Source: a virus (Duplodnaviria > Caudoviricetes). Taken from it: a DNA stretch of 54,262 nt. The stretch covers positions 1-54,262 of the IMG/VR virus record IMGVR_UViG_3300009149_000003. One strand, written 5' to 3'. This document shows, piece by piece, positions 45,754 through 54,262 of the stretch. The notes beneath the pieces were generated by a model. The model made no database searches, had not been told where the DNA came from, and saw nothing but the letters and a program-made list of their open reading frames with translations. Within the stretch, counting starts at the first letter, position 1. Each line of letters begins with the position of its first letter. Made by a program: the position numbers and the translations under genes.

Positions 45754-46211
45754 CGCGCAGGAGAACCAATTGGGGGCGGTGGCCGAATATGAAACGCGCC
45801 ATCAAGAAGGCTTGTCCCGATTATGACCTGCGGCAACTGCGCCCGATGCTTTGGAAAGACGAACTCGGCGACATAACAATCCTCACGAAACATTTTGAAT
45901 GCTATCTCTGGAGCAAGAACAAACTCCGGGTGATGATGTTCAAATGGCTTAGACCGGCTCAGAGAGCAAAACTGGGGCCGATTTTCAACGAAATCTATAC
46001 GGACGACCATATTCATGCCTTCACCTGCGATCTTGCGAAATTGACCTCGATTATTGCATTGGGGGGCCGGTTTCGGAAAAGGCCGTACGTGAGTGGAGAG
46101 TGGATGTGCGAGAGACGGCTTGCGCTGGGTCATGAGTTCGCTCCGTTCAATCCCGAGGAGTATGACATCACAACTCATGCCGCCCTGGTGGACTGCGGGA
46201 GGTCCGCATGA
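45750..46211 (+). CDS. Hypothetical protein flanked by a 17-bp direct repeat
   Basis: ATGA overlaps; CGCCCTGGTGGACTGCG at 45723 and 46181. Confidence 0.55.
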   Translation: MTRRRTNWGRWPNMKRAIKKACPDYDLRQLRPMLWKDELGDITILTKHFECYLWSKNKLRVMMFKWLRPAQRAKLGPIFNEIYTDDHIHAFTCDLAKLTSIIALGGRFRKRPYVSGEWMCERRLALGHEFAPFNPEEYDITTHAALVDCGRSA

Positions 46212-46480
46212 TCCCATTCTGCATATCGCCCGGCGAGGCCGCACGACGGTTGCCGCTCTCGTATGAGACGATCCGCCTCATGTGCCAGCGCGGTGAGATC
46301 GAGGGCGCGAAACAGGTCAAAGGCCGCTGGTGCATCCCGGAGACCGCGCCGCTGTTCCAGCCCGCGCCCGACCCGGACCCGCTGCCGCCAAACGCCACGC
46401 CGCAAGAATGTGTTGCACGGTTCAAGCGCATCAAGCGCGACCCGGAGAAGTTCAATCGACTCATCAGGAGAATGGCATGA
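46208..46480 (+). CDS. Excisionase-like HTH_17 protein
   Basis: ISPGEAARRLPLSYETIRLMCQRGEIEGAKQVKGRWCIPE. Confidence 0.75.
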   Translation: MIPFCISPGEAARRLPLSYETIRLMCQRGEIEGAKQVKGRWCIPETAPLFQPAPDPDPLPPNATPQECVARFKRIKRDPEKFNRLIRRMA

Positions 46481-46737
46481 GCGCGACCTTTCCCATGCAC
46501 CCACGGCACGGCAAACCGTACCAGGCCCGGTATATGGCGAAACGCCTGGACAAGACCGTCCTCATCGACACATACGATTTCCCGTTCGAGAGCCGCGAGT
46601 TCCCGACGCCCAAAAGTCAAGCATTCGCCGTGATCTCGGAGCGCTGCCGTGAGCAGGGCTTCGATTTCGCCGGTATGTCGGTCATGCGGGTTGTGCGGCT
46701 CGATCATGAGAATATCACCCTTTTCGTGAATGACTGA
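46477..46737 (+). CDS. Hypothetical protein
   Basis: AGGAG RBS and ATGA overlap. Confidence 0.5.
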   Translation: MSATFPMHPRHGKPYQARYMAKRLDKTVLIDTYDFPFESREFPTPKSQAFAVISERCREQGFDFAGMSVMRVVRLDHENITLFVND

Positions 46738-46809
46738 CGGACAACATACTACCCGGCTGTGGCCGGACGTAATATAAGACGACGCGGGAAAACCGAAAGG
46801 GGTGGCGGT

Positions 46810-48151
46810 ATGAAATTACCGTTGAAATGGGATGATTCCGCATCATTTAGCGACCTCGCCGCCGTGAACGCGCACGACGCACTGGTGGCGGCATGTGAAG
46901 CGGCAATTCAATATGACAAGGCGATTAGACAATGCGCTGACGACCCTGATAAGATGGCATCATTTTGCACAGCAACGGGCGATGATTTGGATACGCTCTA
47001 TATGGACTGGATGGCAAAGGCCCGCGCCGCCCTTGAACTCGCCCGGAAGGAGGCCGACCGTGGCTGAGAATGAGCGGAATCGGGACCCACAACCTGGCGA
47101 CGATGATTACCAGGTGGACTCGCAGGAAGGTTACTACGAGCACGTCATCGCCCGCCTGAACGCCAAGGTCGAGCGGCTTACGCGAATCGAAACGGCGGCG
47201 CAGCGCGTTTGTGATAATCCAATATGGGCTGGTTATGGCGTAGGAGTCATCGAGGAAATGGACGATCTTCGCGCCGAACTCGCCCGGAAGGAGGCCGACC
47301 GTGGCTGAGCGAGCATCCGCAACTATGAGCGAAAAACGTGCCGTACTATGGGAGGATCGTTGGCAGAAAAGCGAGGAAGATGCTTTTAATTCCAAGCTGA
47401 AGGAACAAGAGGCTTTGGCCGAGAATGCCCGCCTGAACGCCAAGGTCGAGCGGCTGCGAGCCGAACTATTACACCTTGTCCGTCTTCTCGAACCAATGGA
47501 GCGCGATGGAACGCTCAACGTGCCTGGGCTGGCTACACTCAATGGTGCCCGCGCCGCCCTAGCCGTGAAGGAGGCCGAAAGTGGCTAACCATGCCGAGCA
47601 AGACCGGGAAATGCTTGAAGAATTGAAGAAATGGTATGACCGACCAATGAGCGCCATATCTACCGACAACGATGTGGGAGCTGTTGAGATTATCCGCGCC
47701 CACCTCGCGCCCGAACGGGCTGCATCACGGGAGATAACCCTTGTAGTAACTGCCGAGAATGCCCGCCTGACTACCGAGAACGAGCGGCTTACGCGAATCG
47801 AAACGGCGGCGCAGCGCGTTTGTGATAATCCAATATGGGCTGATTATGGCGTGGGAGTCATCGAGGAAATGGACGATCTTCGCGCCGAACTCGCCCGGAA
47901 GGAGGCCGCCCGTGGCTAACCATGCCGAGCAAGCCCGGGAAATGCTTGAAGAATTGAAGAAATGGCGTGACCGACCAATGAGCGCCATCGCGGGAAAGAA
48001 TGCTGAAATTGCCCGCCTGACCGCCGAGGTAGAGCGGCTGCGGGGTATACTCGAACACATTTGGGATTGGGATTATGACACTATGGGTAGTTCCATAGCC
48101 GATGTGCGAGGATTCGTTCGCGCCGCCCTCGCCGGGAAGGTGACGCCATGA
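46810..48151 (+). repeat. Array of five small coiled-coil genes built from shared modules (46810-47067, 47060-47308, 47301-47588, 47581-47919, 47912-48151)
   Basis: Near-identical 47170-47306 and 47781-47917; near-identical 47581-47657 and 47912-47988; shared GCCCGCCTGA mid-joint and AAGGAGGCCG..GTGGCT(G/A)A end-joint. Confidence 0.85.
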
Positions 48152-48414
48152 ACGAACTATTTATCGCTCTTGCCGGATATGACCCTGACTCTGTCCTCTC
48201 GGACGAGCGGCCATTCATCGACCGCGGTGAGGACTTCGGCCCCGATGTTGACCCCGCTTGGTGCTGGTGGTGCATGGAGGCCATCATCCCGAACGCCGAC
48301 AACAGATGCCCCGAGTGCCGCCGTCCGGCATCCGACCTGCCGGATCGGGAGAAGTACCCCTACGATCTCGCACCGCTGACAGGCTGGGATCCATACGAGG
48401 AGGCACGTCCATGA
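48148..48414 (+). CDS. Small zinc-ribbon protein
   Basis: CWWC...CPEC; ATGA overlaps. Confidence 0.55.
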   Translation: MNELFIALAGYDPDSVLSDERPFIDRGEDFGPDVDPAWCWWCMEAIIPNADNRCPECRRPASDLPDREKYPYDLAPLTGWDPYEEARP

Positions 48415-48616
48415 TGAAGCCGGGTAAAAAGTTCACGATGTTCGGGCGCTCATACCGGATACTCCGCCGGGTACCCGATCCGCCGGATGCGCCCTGGTTT
48501 CCTGAGATTCCGATGCTGCCGCCCGCACTCACGCGATCGATCGTCTATGTCCCGTGGGGCGCGGCGTTCCGGCATCGCACAACGCACGGGCGACTTGTCT
48601 ACTTGGGAGGTATGCG

Positions 48617-49567
48617 ATGAGTTGTAAAGACGAGTGCACCAACTACGCGCCGAAGAAACCCGCGACGCCCAAGGCCGCGCCCGATTGGGTTACGGCCGCC
48701 CGGAAGTCGTATGAAGAGCGGTGGCTGCCGATGTGCAAGGCGAAGACGTGCGAGGAGATGTACAAATTGCTGTATAATACCCTATGCGATATGTGTGGGG
48801 AATCCACCCGCGCCTGTCTCGGACCTTGTGGTGGTTATACGTGTCCGTTATCCGATGTCAAGGATACGGACACAAGAACATGCGCAGTGCAATATCACGA
48901 CTTCATGAATGCCTTTTCCGTCTACGATTTCCCCGCCGCTCATGCCGCCGCGGTCGCCCTCGCCTCGCGCCTTGCCGAGATCGCGGGGATTACAACGGGC
49001 GAGCACCTGGACAAGCCCGAGCCGCCGGAACATCCCTACAAGCACATCGCCTATCGCGTCGAGAAATCAGTCAACGGCGCCTGGGACTGCAAGGTGTACA
49101 TCACCGAGCAGACGCACCGGAGACGCGAATTCGGCAACAAAATTCTCAACAAGGACTTATTCAGAGCGGAAAGTAAGTTCTGGTTGGCAAGCAGATACGA
49201 ACCGAGGGCATACATTCCCGGTCACACACTATTCCCCGATGAGGGTCAAAGTACTGATGGATGCTGTCTGCGTGGCTCATGTTATAAGAGTGATGACCGC
49301 CCCATTGATGCTCCCTCTCCCAAGTGGCTGGCCCGCTTCGAGGCCGCCGTGGCCGAGTACAACGCCTATTTCAGCGGTGATCCTAAGCAGCCCGACAAGC
49401 CCGAGCCGCCCTGTGCCGAATGTGCCCATCAAGTTGCTGACGGAACCTGCCTCATTCGTCTTCATCAGGGTATTTGCACGGATAAGGACAAGTGGTCTCC
49501 CAAGCCGAAGGTCAAGTCCGGGCCGCCGGAATGTATTAAATGCCGCAACTTTGCCCCGATTAAATGA
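48617..49567 (+). CDS. Mosaic Cys-rich hypothetical protein
   Basis: GGAGG RBS; repeated DKPEPP linkers separating lower-GC segments. Confidence 0.6.
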   Translation: MSCKDECTNYAPKKPATPKAAPDWVTAARKSYEERWLPMCKAKTCEEMYKLLYNTLCDMCGESTRACLGPCGGYTCPLSDVKDTDTRTCAVQYHDFMNAFSVYDFPAAHAAAVALASRLAEIAGITTGEHLDKPEPPEHPYKHIAYRVEKSVNGAWDCKVYITEQTHRRREFGNKILNKDLFRAESKFWLASRYEPRAYIPGHTLFPDEGQSTDGCCLRGSCYKSDDRPIDAPSPKWLARFEAAVAEYNAYFSGDPKQPDKPEPPCAECAHQVADGTCLIRLHQGICTDKDKWSPKPKVKSGPPECIKCRNFAPIK

Positions 49568-49592
49568 AAGGATACCATAAGGAGGACCGGAA

Positions 49593-50507
49593 GTGATTAC
49601 CGCAACCATTGAACGTCCGCGCCCTGCGTATCTATTGCCGGACCTCGCTGAACATCCGGCGCTGAACCGTCCGATCTACCGGTACGACCACGGCAATAAG
49701 CGGTGGTACTGCGCGGTGAACGGCGACGAACCGCAGTGGGCGGTATCCGTTACATCCCTCATCCATGCCACGCGCCCTACATCTGAACACCTGATGGCGT
49801 GGCGGGCCAACCTCGGCAACGACGGCTATCACCAGGTGCTTGCCGAAAAGTCCGCATACGGCACATGGATGCACATACTGTGGACCCGCGCCCTCATCAC
49901 CGGCAAATACACGCTGGACGAGGATTACCTGCGGGCGCAACTGCAAGATTGCCCCACCGGCCTTGAGAACGAGTGGGTTGATGCCGGACAATCTGATTTG
50001 CTGGCGTTGGCGGCATGGGCCGCTGAACGGCAACCGGAAGTTCTCGCCATCGAGCCGGTGATGCTTCATGCCATTAATGGCTGGTATGGCGGTGCCCTTG
50101 ACCTCGTATGTCGCCTGGACTGGAACCGGGTGCGAGTGGTCGCCATCGTGGATTTCAAGTCCGGGCGTAAGGGATTCTATGAGAACCATGAAATCCAACT
50201 CCACACCTATAAGGGCATCTGGAACTCGTACTTCGCGGGGACGGAGTACGAAGTCACGCACGTCTTCAATCTGGCTCCGAATGACTGGAAGACGAAGCCC
50301 GGATGTAAGTTCGTGAACCAGACCGACAAGGAAACGCGAGAGATCATCCCGCACATGCTCCAAATGTTTCTTGCCGACTCACAATGCAGACTGAAGCCGC
50401 CCGATGTGACCCGCTATCGCGGCACACACACGTTGGGCGAGCCGGTGGACGGCAAGGCGGAGACTATCACCCCGCTTGAAATCATCAAGGAAAGGATGGG
50501 GTTCTGA
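49593..50507 (+). CDS. PD-(D/E)XK exonuclease (lambda-Exo/Cas4-like superfamily)
   Basis: SVTSLI, GTWMH, E...YGGALDL, IVDFKSG, QL..Y. Confidence 0.8.
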   Translation: MITATIERPRPAYLLPDLAEHPALNRPIYRYDHGNKRWYCAVNGDEPQWAVSVTSLIHATRPTSEHLMAWRANLGNDGYHQVLAEKSAYGTWMHILWTRALITGKYTLDEDYLRAQLQDCPTGLENEWVDAGQSDLLALAAWAAERQPEVLAIEPVMLHAINGWYGGALDLVCRLDWNRVRVVAIVDFKSGRKGFYENHEIQLHTYKGIWNSYFAGTEYEVTHVFNLAPNDWKTKPGCKFVNQTDKETREIIPHMLQMFLADSQCRLKPPDVTRYRGTHTLGEPVDGKAETITPLEIIKERMGF

Positions 50508-50508
50508 A

Positions 50509-51084
50509 ATGGCTGAAGCCAAGCACACACGCTATACGACGCCGGTTGGAATATTCCTGTTCCCCCGGTTGACTAGGCCGGACACGAAGTTCGACCCGGC
50601 GGGACGGTATTCCTGCAAGATCGCGGTGCCTGTTGAACAATCGAAGGAGTTGGTGGACCTCATTAATCTGGAGGTAGAAAAGCAAGCGAAAGAAAACCCC
50701 ATCAAAAAGGGCGACAAGATCGAGTATGCCAATCTGCCGCATGTCGAAGAAATTGTCGGTGGTGTGAAATGCTGCGTTTTCTACTGCAAACAGAAGGCCC
50801 GCGTCGAGTTGAAAGACGGCCATGTATTCGAGCCGAAAATCGCCCTATTCGATGCTCACAAAAGCGTTCTCGACCCCAACGAGATTGACCCTTGGACAGG
50901 AACCCAGGGGCGGCTGAACGTGGAACTGGTGCCGTACTCGGCGGCATTGACCGGCGTCGGCGTGACGTTGCGCCTCAAGGCGGCGCAGATACTCGAACTC
51001 GTCCAGGGAGGCGGCGGTAGTGCAGAGTCTTACGGGTTCGAAGCGGTAGTGCCCGAGGAATATGATGGCGAGTTGCCATTCTAA
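50509..51084 (+). CDS. T7 gp2.5-like ssDNA-binding/annealing protein
   Basis: TTPVG...P.LTRPDTKF...G.Y...GVTLRLKAAQILELV...YGF and an acidic tail ending in F. Confidence 0.85.
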   Translation: MAEAKHTRYTTPVGIFLFPRLTRPDTKFDPAGRYSCKIAVPVEQSKELVDLINLEVEKQAKENPIKKGDKIEYANLPHVEEIVGGVKCCVFYCKQKARVELKDGHVFEPKIALFDAHKSVLDPNEIDPWTGTQGRLNVELVPYSAALTGVGVTLRLKAAQILELVQGGGGSAESYGFEAVVPEEYDGELPF

Positions 51085-51096
51085 GGAGGAACCCCA

Positions 51097-51345
51097 ATGG
51101 CATTACAGATATTCCGGTACGAGCAAGGGGACGCGGGAATTGTATTAACGGAAGAAGTAGGCGCACCCGAGTTCAAGTCGCAAGCGGCATTCCAGACGTA
51201 TGCCCGAAAGAATCCCGAGAAGTTCAGCGCCGGCAATTTCGTTCCCGTGAGAGTGGGCGATCCCGTTCATGTCGAGCCGGTAACACAGTACAAACTTTCG
51301 ATCCTTAAGGCCGCCCCGGCGACCAAACCGGTAGCCAAGGCATGA
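51097..51345 (+). CDS. Hypothetical protein
   Basis: AAGGAGG RBS. Confidence 0.6.
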   Translation: MALQIFRYEQGDAGIVLTEEVGAPEFKSQAAFQTYARKNPEKFSAGNFVPVRVGDPVHVEPVTQYKLSILKAAPATKPVAKA

Positions 51346-51349
51346 CATT

Positions 51350-51440
51350 GCGGCGGCGGGACGAGGGAGCGGGCCGAGACACCCGCACGAAGTGTGCCTC
51401 GTTTTCTCCCACACTTCATCCCCATCTCCCCCGCCGCCGC
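51350..51440 (+). ncRNA. Candidate pseudoknotted structured RNA
   Basis: 11-bp closing stem GCGGCGGCGGG/CCCGCCGCCGC; inner GCGGG/CCCGC and GAAGTGTG/CACACTTC; ACGAGG is complementary to loop CCTCGT. Confidence 0.45.
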
Positions 51441-51462
51441 TCACTGAAACGGAGACACGACC

Positions 51463-51717
51463 ATGAAACGCGAGAAACTGAGACGGGCAATAGAAATCGA
51501 CCTCGAACTCAAAAACCTCGAATCCGACCTCGAGTCTCTGAAGGAGGCGGCCGAGCGGGCATATCCCATGAATGCCTCACTGCAATTCCCAGAAGAAGAC
51601 AACGACCGAGAGATGGAATTGCTCACCGGCGATGATGCGGCTGCTGTACAGAAGGTATGGCATGACCGGGTGACAAAGCGCATCGCCGCCCTGGAAGCCG
51701 AACTGGAGACGCTGTAA
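51463..51717 (+). CDS. Small coiled-coil protein
   Basis: GGAG RBS; heptad pattern. Confidence 0.6.
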   Translation: MKREKLRRAIEIDLELKNLESDLESLKEAAERAYPMNASLQFPEEDNDREMELLTGDDAAAVQKVWHDRVTKRIAALEAELETL

Positions 51718-51719
51718 GA

Positions 51720-51865
51720 CCCGGTAGACGCGCGGCGCGGGCGTGACCGGTCTGGTGGTCGATCCACCGCGCCGCAGCCGGGATAAAATTGACGTGTGCG
51801 GACCCTCAAGGGGGCGGCCTGACCAGCCCTTGTAAGACAGCTCGGGAAAGGTCGCCCCTCCGCCA
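51720..51865 (+). ncRNA. Two adjacent GC-rich stem-loop elements (candidate ncRNA)
   Basis: CCCGG/CCGGG with GCGGCGCGG/CCGCGCCGC; GCGGA/TCCGC with GGGGCGGCCT/AGGTCGCCCC, ending CCGCCA. Confidence 0.35.
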
Positions 51866-51881
51866 CTTAACGAGGCATGAC

Positions 51882-52433
51882 ATGAAGGGATTCACACAGG
51901 ACATGGCGGATGAACTATTGGAAGAAATTGACACTCTTCTTTACTCCCTTATCGAGCCGGAAGCGCTCGCTCCGCCCGCGGAGCATCGGTATGATGGAAG
52001 AATTGCTGACAGCTTACCAGGATATGTCTTTGGACGGAAGGAGCCACCTGAGCCGCCGCCGGTCGAGTTGCACGAGGGTGACTGGGCATGGCTGATGAAT
52101 CCCGACGGCAGCGATGGGAAACTGGTACGTCTCTTCGCACCCGTCTGTGGTGATCCGGGATTCTGGTGGTTATATGATAATCTTGCCTGCGTACGCGATA
52201 AAGCATTACGCATCCCCACGCGCGACCAACTCGCCGTCACGATACCGGGGACGGACGTGCAGGCGTGGGCGTGGGAATCGGCAGAATACCCGGAACTGGT
52301 CTATCGTTATCGCAGCGACCACATTAATTCGATGATCCGGCGCGATGAGGCCGAAGCCCTCGGCCTCCACATCGTCTCGGCCAGCCAAGTCGAGCGCCAC
52401 TATGGCGGAGTGTTCCCGCCGAAGGAGGAGTGA
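51882..52433 (+). CDS. Hypothetical protein
   Basis: GAGG RBS; EPPEPPP linker. Confidence 0.55.
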   Translation: MKGFTQDMADELLEEIDTLLYSLIEPEALAPPAEHRYDGRIADSLPGYVFGRKEPPEPPPVELHEGDWAWLMNPDGSDGKLVRLFAPVCGDPGFWWLYDNLACVRDKALRIPTRDQLAVTIPGTDVQAWAWESAEYPELVYRYRSDHINSMIRRDEAEALGLHIVSASQVERHYGGVFPPKEE

Positions 52434-52751
52434 AATGGAAGTCATCCAAGTAACACCATGGCAGTTATTTATGACTATTTTCTTCCCGGCCGTGTTGACT
52501 CTCTTCGCTGGTATATGGATTGGCTGGACCATGCACAAGGAATATAGGCAGATCATCTTTCCAAAGGAGTGAGGAGGAGTACGATGTGTGACATGAAGAA
52601 GAATCTGCCCTATAAAGTATTAACCACTAAGCCGGAAGAATTCAGGGCGGCTCTTCAACGGGCAACTGAAGAGGTTGCCTCATGGCCGGAGTGGAAACGC
52701 AACATACCAGTCACGGCGATACCAAGACGAAAGAGATGAAGGAGTCCAGCG

Positions 52752-53021
52752 ATGGCGACTGATCCGATGGAAAAGCGGTGGAGGTGTGGTGACGATTACG
52801 ACATTCTAACCGTTGACGGCGAAGAAGTATTGGATTGTGACGGTTGGACTCACGAAGATATTGACCGCATCGTCAGCGACCACAATCGCGCCCGGATGTG
52901 GGACGAGATGGCGGAAATCATCCGAGTATCATCCGACGAATGGCCGGAAGTATACGAATTTATCGCGCGTGATCACCCCGGCCTGCTCACCCGTATCGAG
53001 AAGGAGACCACTGATGAGTGA
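52752..53021 (+). CDS. Hypothetical protein
   Basis: AAGGAG RBS; IVSDHN motif common in phage early genes. Confidence 0.55.
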   Translation: MATDPMEKRWRCGDDYDILTVDGEEVLDCDGWTHEDIDRIVSDHNRARMWDEMAEIIRVSSDEWPEVYEFIARDHPGLLTRIEKETTDE

Positions 53022-53183
53022 CTACTATGATGTGATGTTATTTGCAATTATCGTGATCCCATTTGCCTATGGTGTTGGCCGATTACACGGATGGAGCGCA
53101 GGATGGGAAGAACATAAAGACATGACCAAGTGGAAGGACAAGTATTTGCCAGATGTGATCAAGGCGGCTGAAAAGGAGGGGGC

Positions 53184-53290
53184 ATGAGCACGCGCATCGA
53201 GTGGGTTGTCAACCCCGACGGGGCAAGAAAGCCGCCGGGCGTCTGCTCGACGGCCGCGAGCACATGGACCTGCCGGGGGTGCTGCGATGA
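53184..53290 (+). pseudogene. Remnant of a DUF5131 (Gp37/Gp68) gene with the middle deleted
   Basis: MSTRIEWVVNPDG start joined out of frame to GKKAAGRLLDGREHMDLP end; both are recognisable termini of that family. Confidence 0.65.
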
Positions 53291-53454
53291 GCGAAGAACT
53301 GAAGCCGTGCCTGTTCTGTTGCTGCGCAGACAAACTCATGGTAGAATACGATGCTATCATTTGGTATGTCTACTGCGATAACTGTTGCGCCCAAGGGCCT
53401 CAACAAATAACGCGCGAAGATGCAATATCTGCTTGGAACTGGAGGACGCCATGA
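53287..53454 (+). CDS. Lar-like restriction alleviation family protein
   Basis: LKPCLFC...VYCDNCCAQGP...EDAISAWNWR. Confidence 0.7.
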   Translation: MSEELKPCLFCCCADKLMVEYDAIIWYVYCDNCCAQGPQQITREDAISAWNWRTP

Positions 53455-53657
53455 CCGAACAAAGCGAGTTCATGACGTGGTTCACGGCGCAATGCGGTAA
53501 GCGGGAGAATACGCCAGACAGCGACGATGAGTTGTATGACCGGGCAGAAGCAGGTCGTCTCGCAGATACGGAATTACATCGCCGCCTTGACTGGGACATG
53601 AGGCGCACCGCCGCGCTTTGGGCCTGGCAAGCGGCGAGAAAGGCAGGTAAGCCATGA
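53451..53657 (+). CDS. Hypothetical protein
   Basis: GGAGG RBS; EFMTWF...AWQAAR pattern. Confidence 0.55.
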   Translation: MTEQSEFMTWFTAQCGKRENTPDSDDELYDRAEAGRLADTELHRRLDWDMRRTAALWAWQAARKAGKP

Positions 53658-54226
53658 CCGAACACACCCTGATCCTGCATCCGCACGAGGTGCGCGGCCT
53701 ACGCGCGGACCCGCCGACCGTGACGCTGATCATGAGGCCGGTAAAGCCGCAACCGCCAGTTGGACTCAGTAAACTCGATGTCCCAGGGCCGTTATGGACA
53801 TATACCTGTTGCGATAGGGATTGGGTGTGTCCCTTCGGCACCGTCGGCGACCGGCTCATCGGCAAGGAGACGTGGGCGGTGCATGACGATTATGTCTTAT
53901 ATAAAGCAGACCTCCCCGAAGTTGACTGGAAAGAGGTATTCGAAGATACCCCCAATCATCGCTGGCTATCCCCTATCCTCATGCCCCGCAAACTCTCCCG
54001 CTTCACCCCTGAAGTCACCGCCGACCCGTGGTGCAAGCAGGTGCAGGAGATGACCGCCGAGGAATGTATAGCGTGGGGATGCCAAACCAATCAACGAGAA
54101 TATGACGCGGAATGCCTCCTGCGAGACCTACTCGCCCGCCAATGGGACGCCATCTACGCCCGGCGCGGCCTCGGCTGGGACGCAAAAACGTGGATGTGGG
54201 GCGTGACGATCAGGAGGATAGGATGA
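53654..54226 (+). CDS. ASCH-like phage protein
   Basis: RPVKPQP...CPFG.VGDRL..KETW...W.SPI.MPR..SR...WDAIY...W.W pattern. Confidence 0.7.
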   Translation: MTEHTLILHPHEVRGLRADPPTVTLIMRPVKPQPPVGLSKLDVPGPLWTYTCCDRDWVCPFGTVGDRLIGKETWAVHDDYVLYKADLPEVDWKEVFEDTPNHRWLSPILMPRKLSRFTPEVTADPWCKQVQEMTAEECIAWGCQTNQREYDAECLLRDLLARQWDAIYARRGLGWDAKTWMWGVTIRRIG

Positions 54227-54262
54227 ACATCTCGTTCGCATGGACGGTGCCGTCGATACTCG
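54140..54262. repeat. Terminal direct repeat, copy 2
   Basis: Identical to 1-123. Confidence 0.95.

Noticed and set aside
46810-48151. CRISPR array or invertase shufflon
   Set aside because: The repeats are coding, direct, and of unequal length and spacing; no cas or invertase gene is nearby.
49593-50507. Cas4 as part of a CRISPR system
   Set aside because: PD-(D/E)XK motifs without the four-Cys cluster; the context is a recombination module.
1-54262. Stop-codon reassignment
   Set aside because: Core genes are full length in code 11 and all three stop codons end genes.

Overview
This window is an apparently complete, circularly permuted temperate siphovirus-like genome of about 54.14 kb; bases 1-123 are repeated exactly at 54140-54262. 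It uses the standard genetic code, strong Shine-Dalgarno sites and sigma70-type promoters. Gene order: early/replication genes (ASCH, Lar-like, MmcB-like nuclease, PAPS-reductase family, DUF1376-type initiator, RusA, HNH); terminase, portal and minor head; an ~8 kb block inside the head module (GT4, WbpB-like dehydrogenase, GT2, SAM methyltransferase, then three proteins with Sec-type signal peptides, one split from its body by a frameshift); scaffold, decoration, major capsid, neck, tail tube and frameshifting chaperone; a GT2-TPR glycosyltransferase just before the tape measure; tail tip, LamG protein and a Tat-signal peptide; lysis genes; a promoter/terminator-bounded operon of small genes; attP, tyrosine integrase, collagen-like lipoprotein, repressor/cro; and early genes including a shuffled five-gene array plus an exonuclease and T7 gp2.5-like protein. 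The best candidate for an undescribed system is the flagellin-type glycosylation machinery split between the head and tail modules, co-located with signal-peptide-bearing spike-like proteins. All family calls are by-eye motif recognition; no database searches or folding programs were run.
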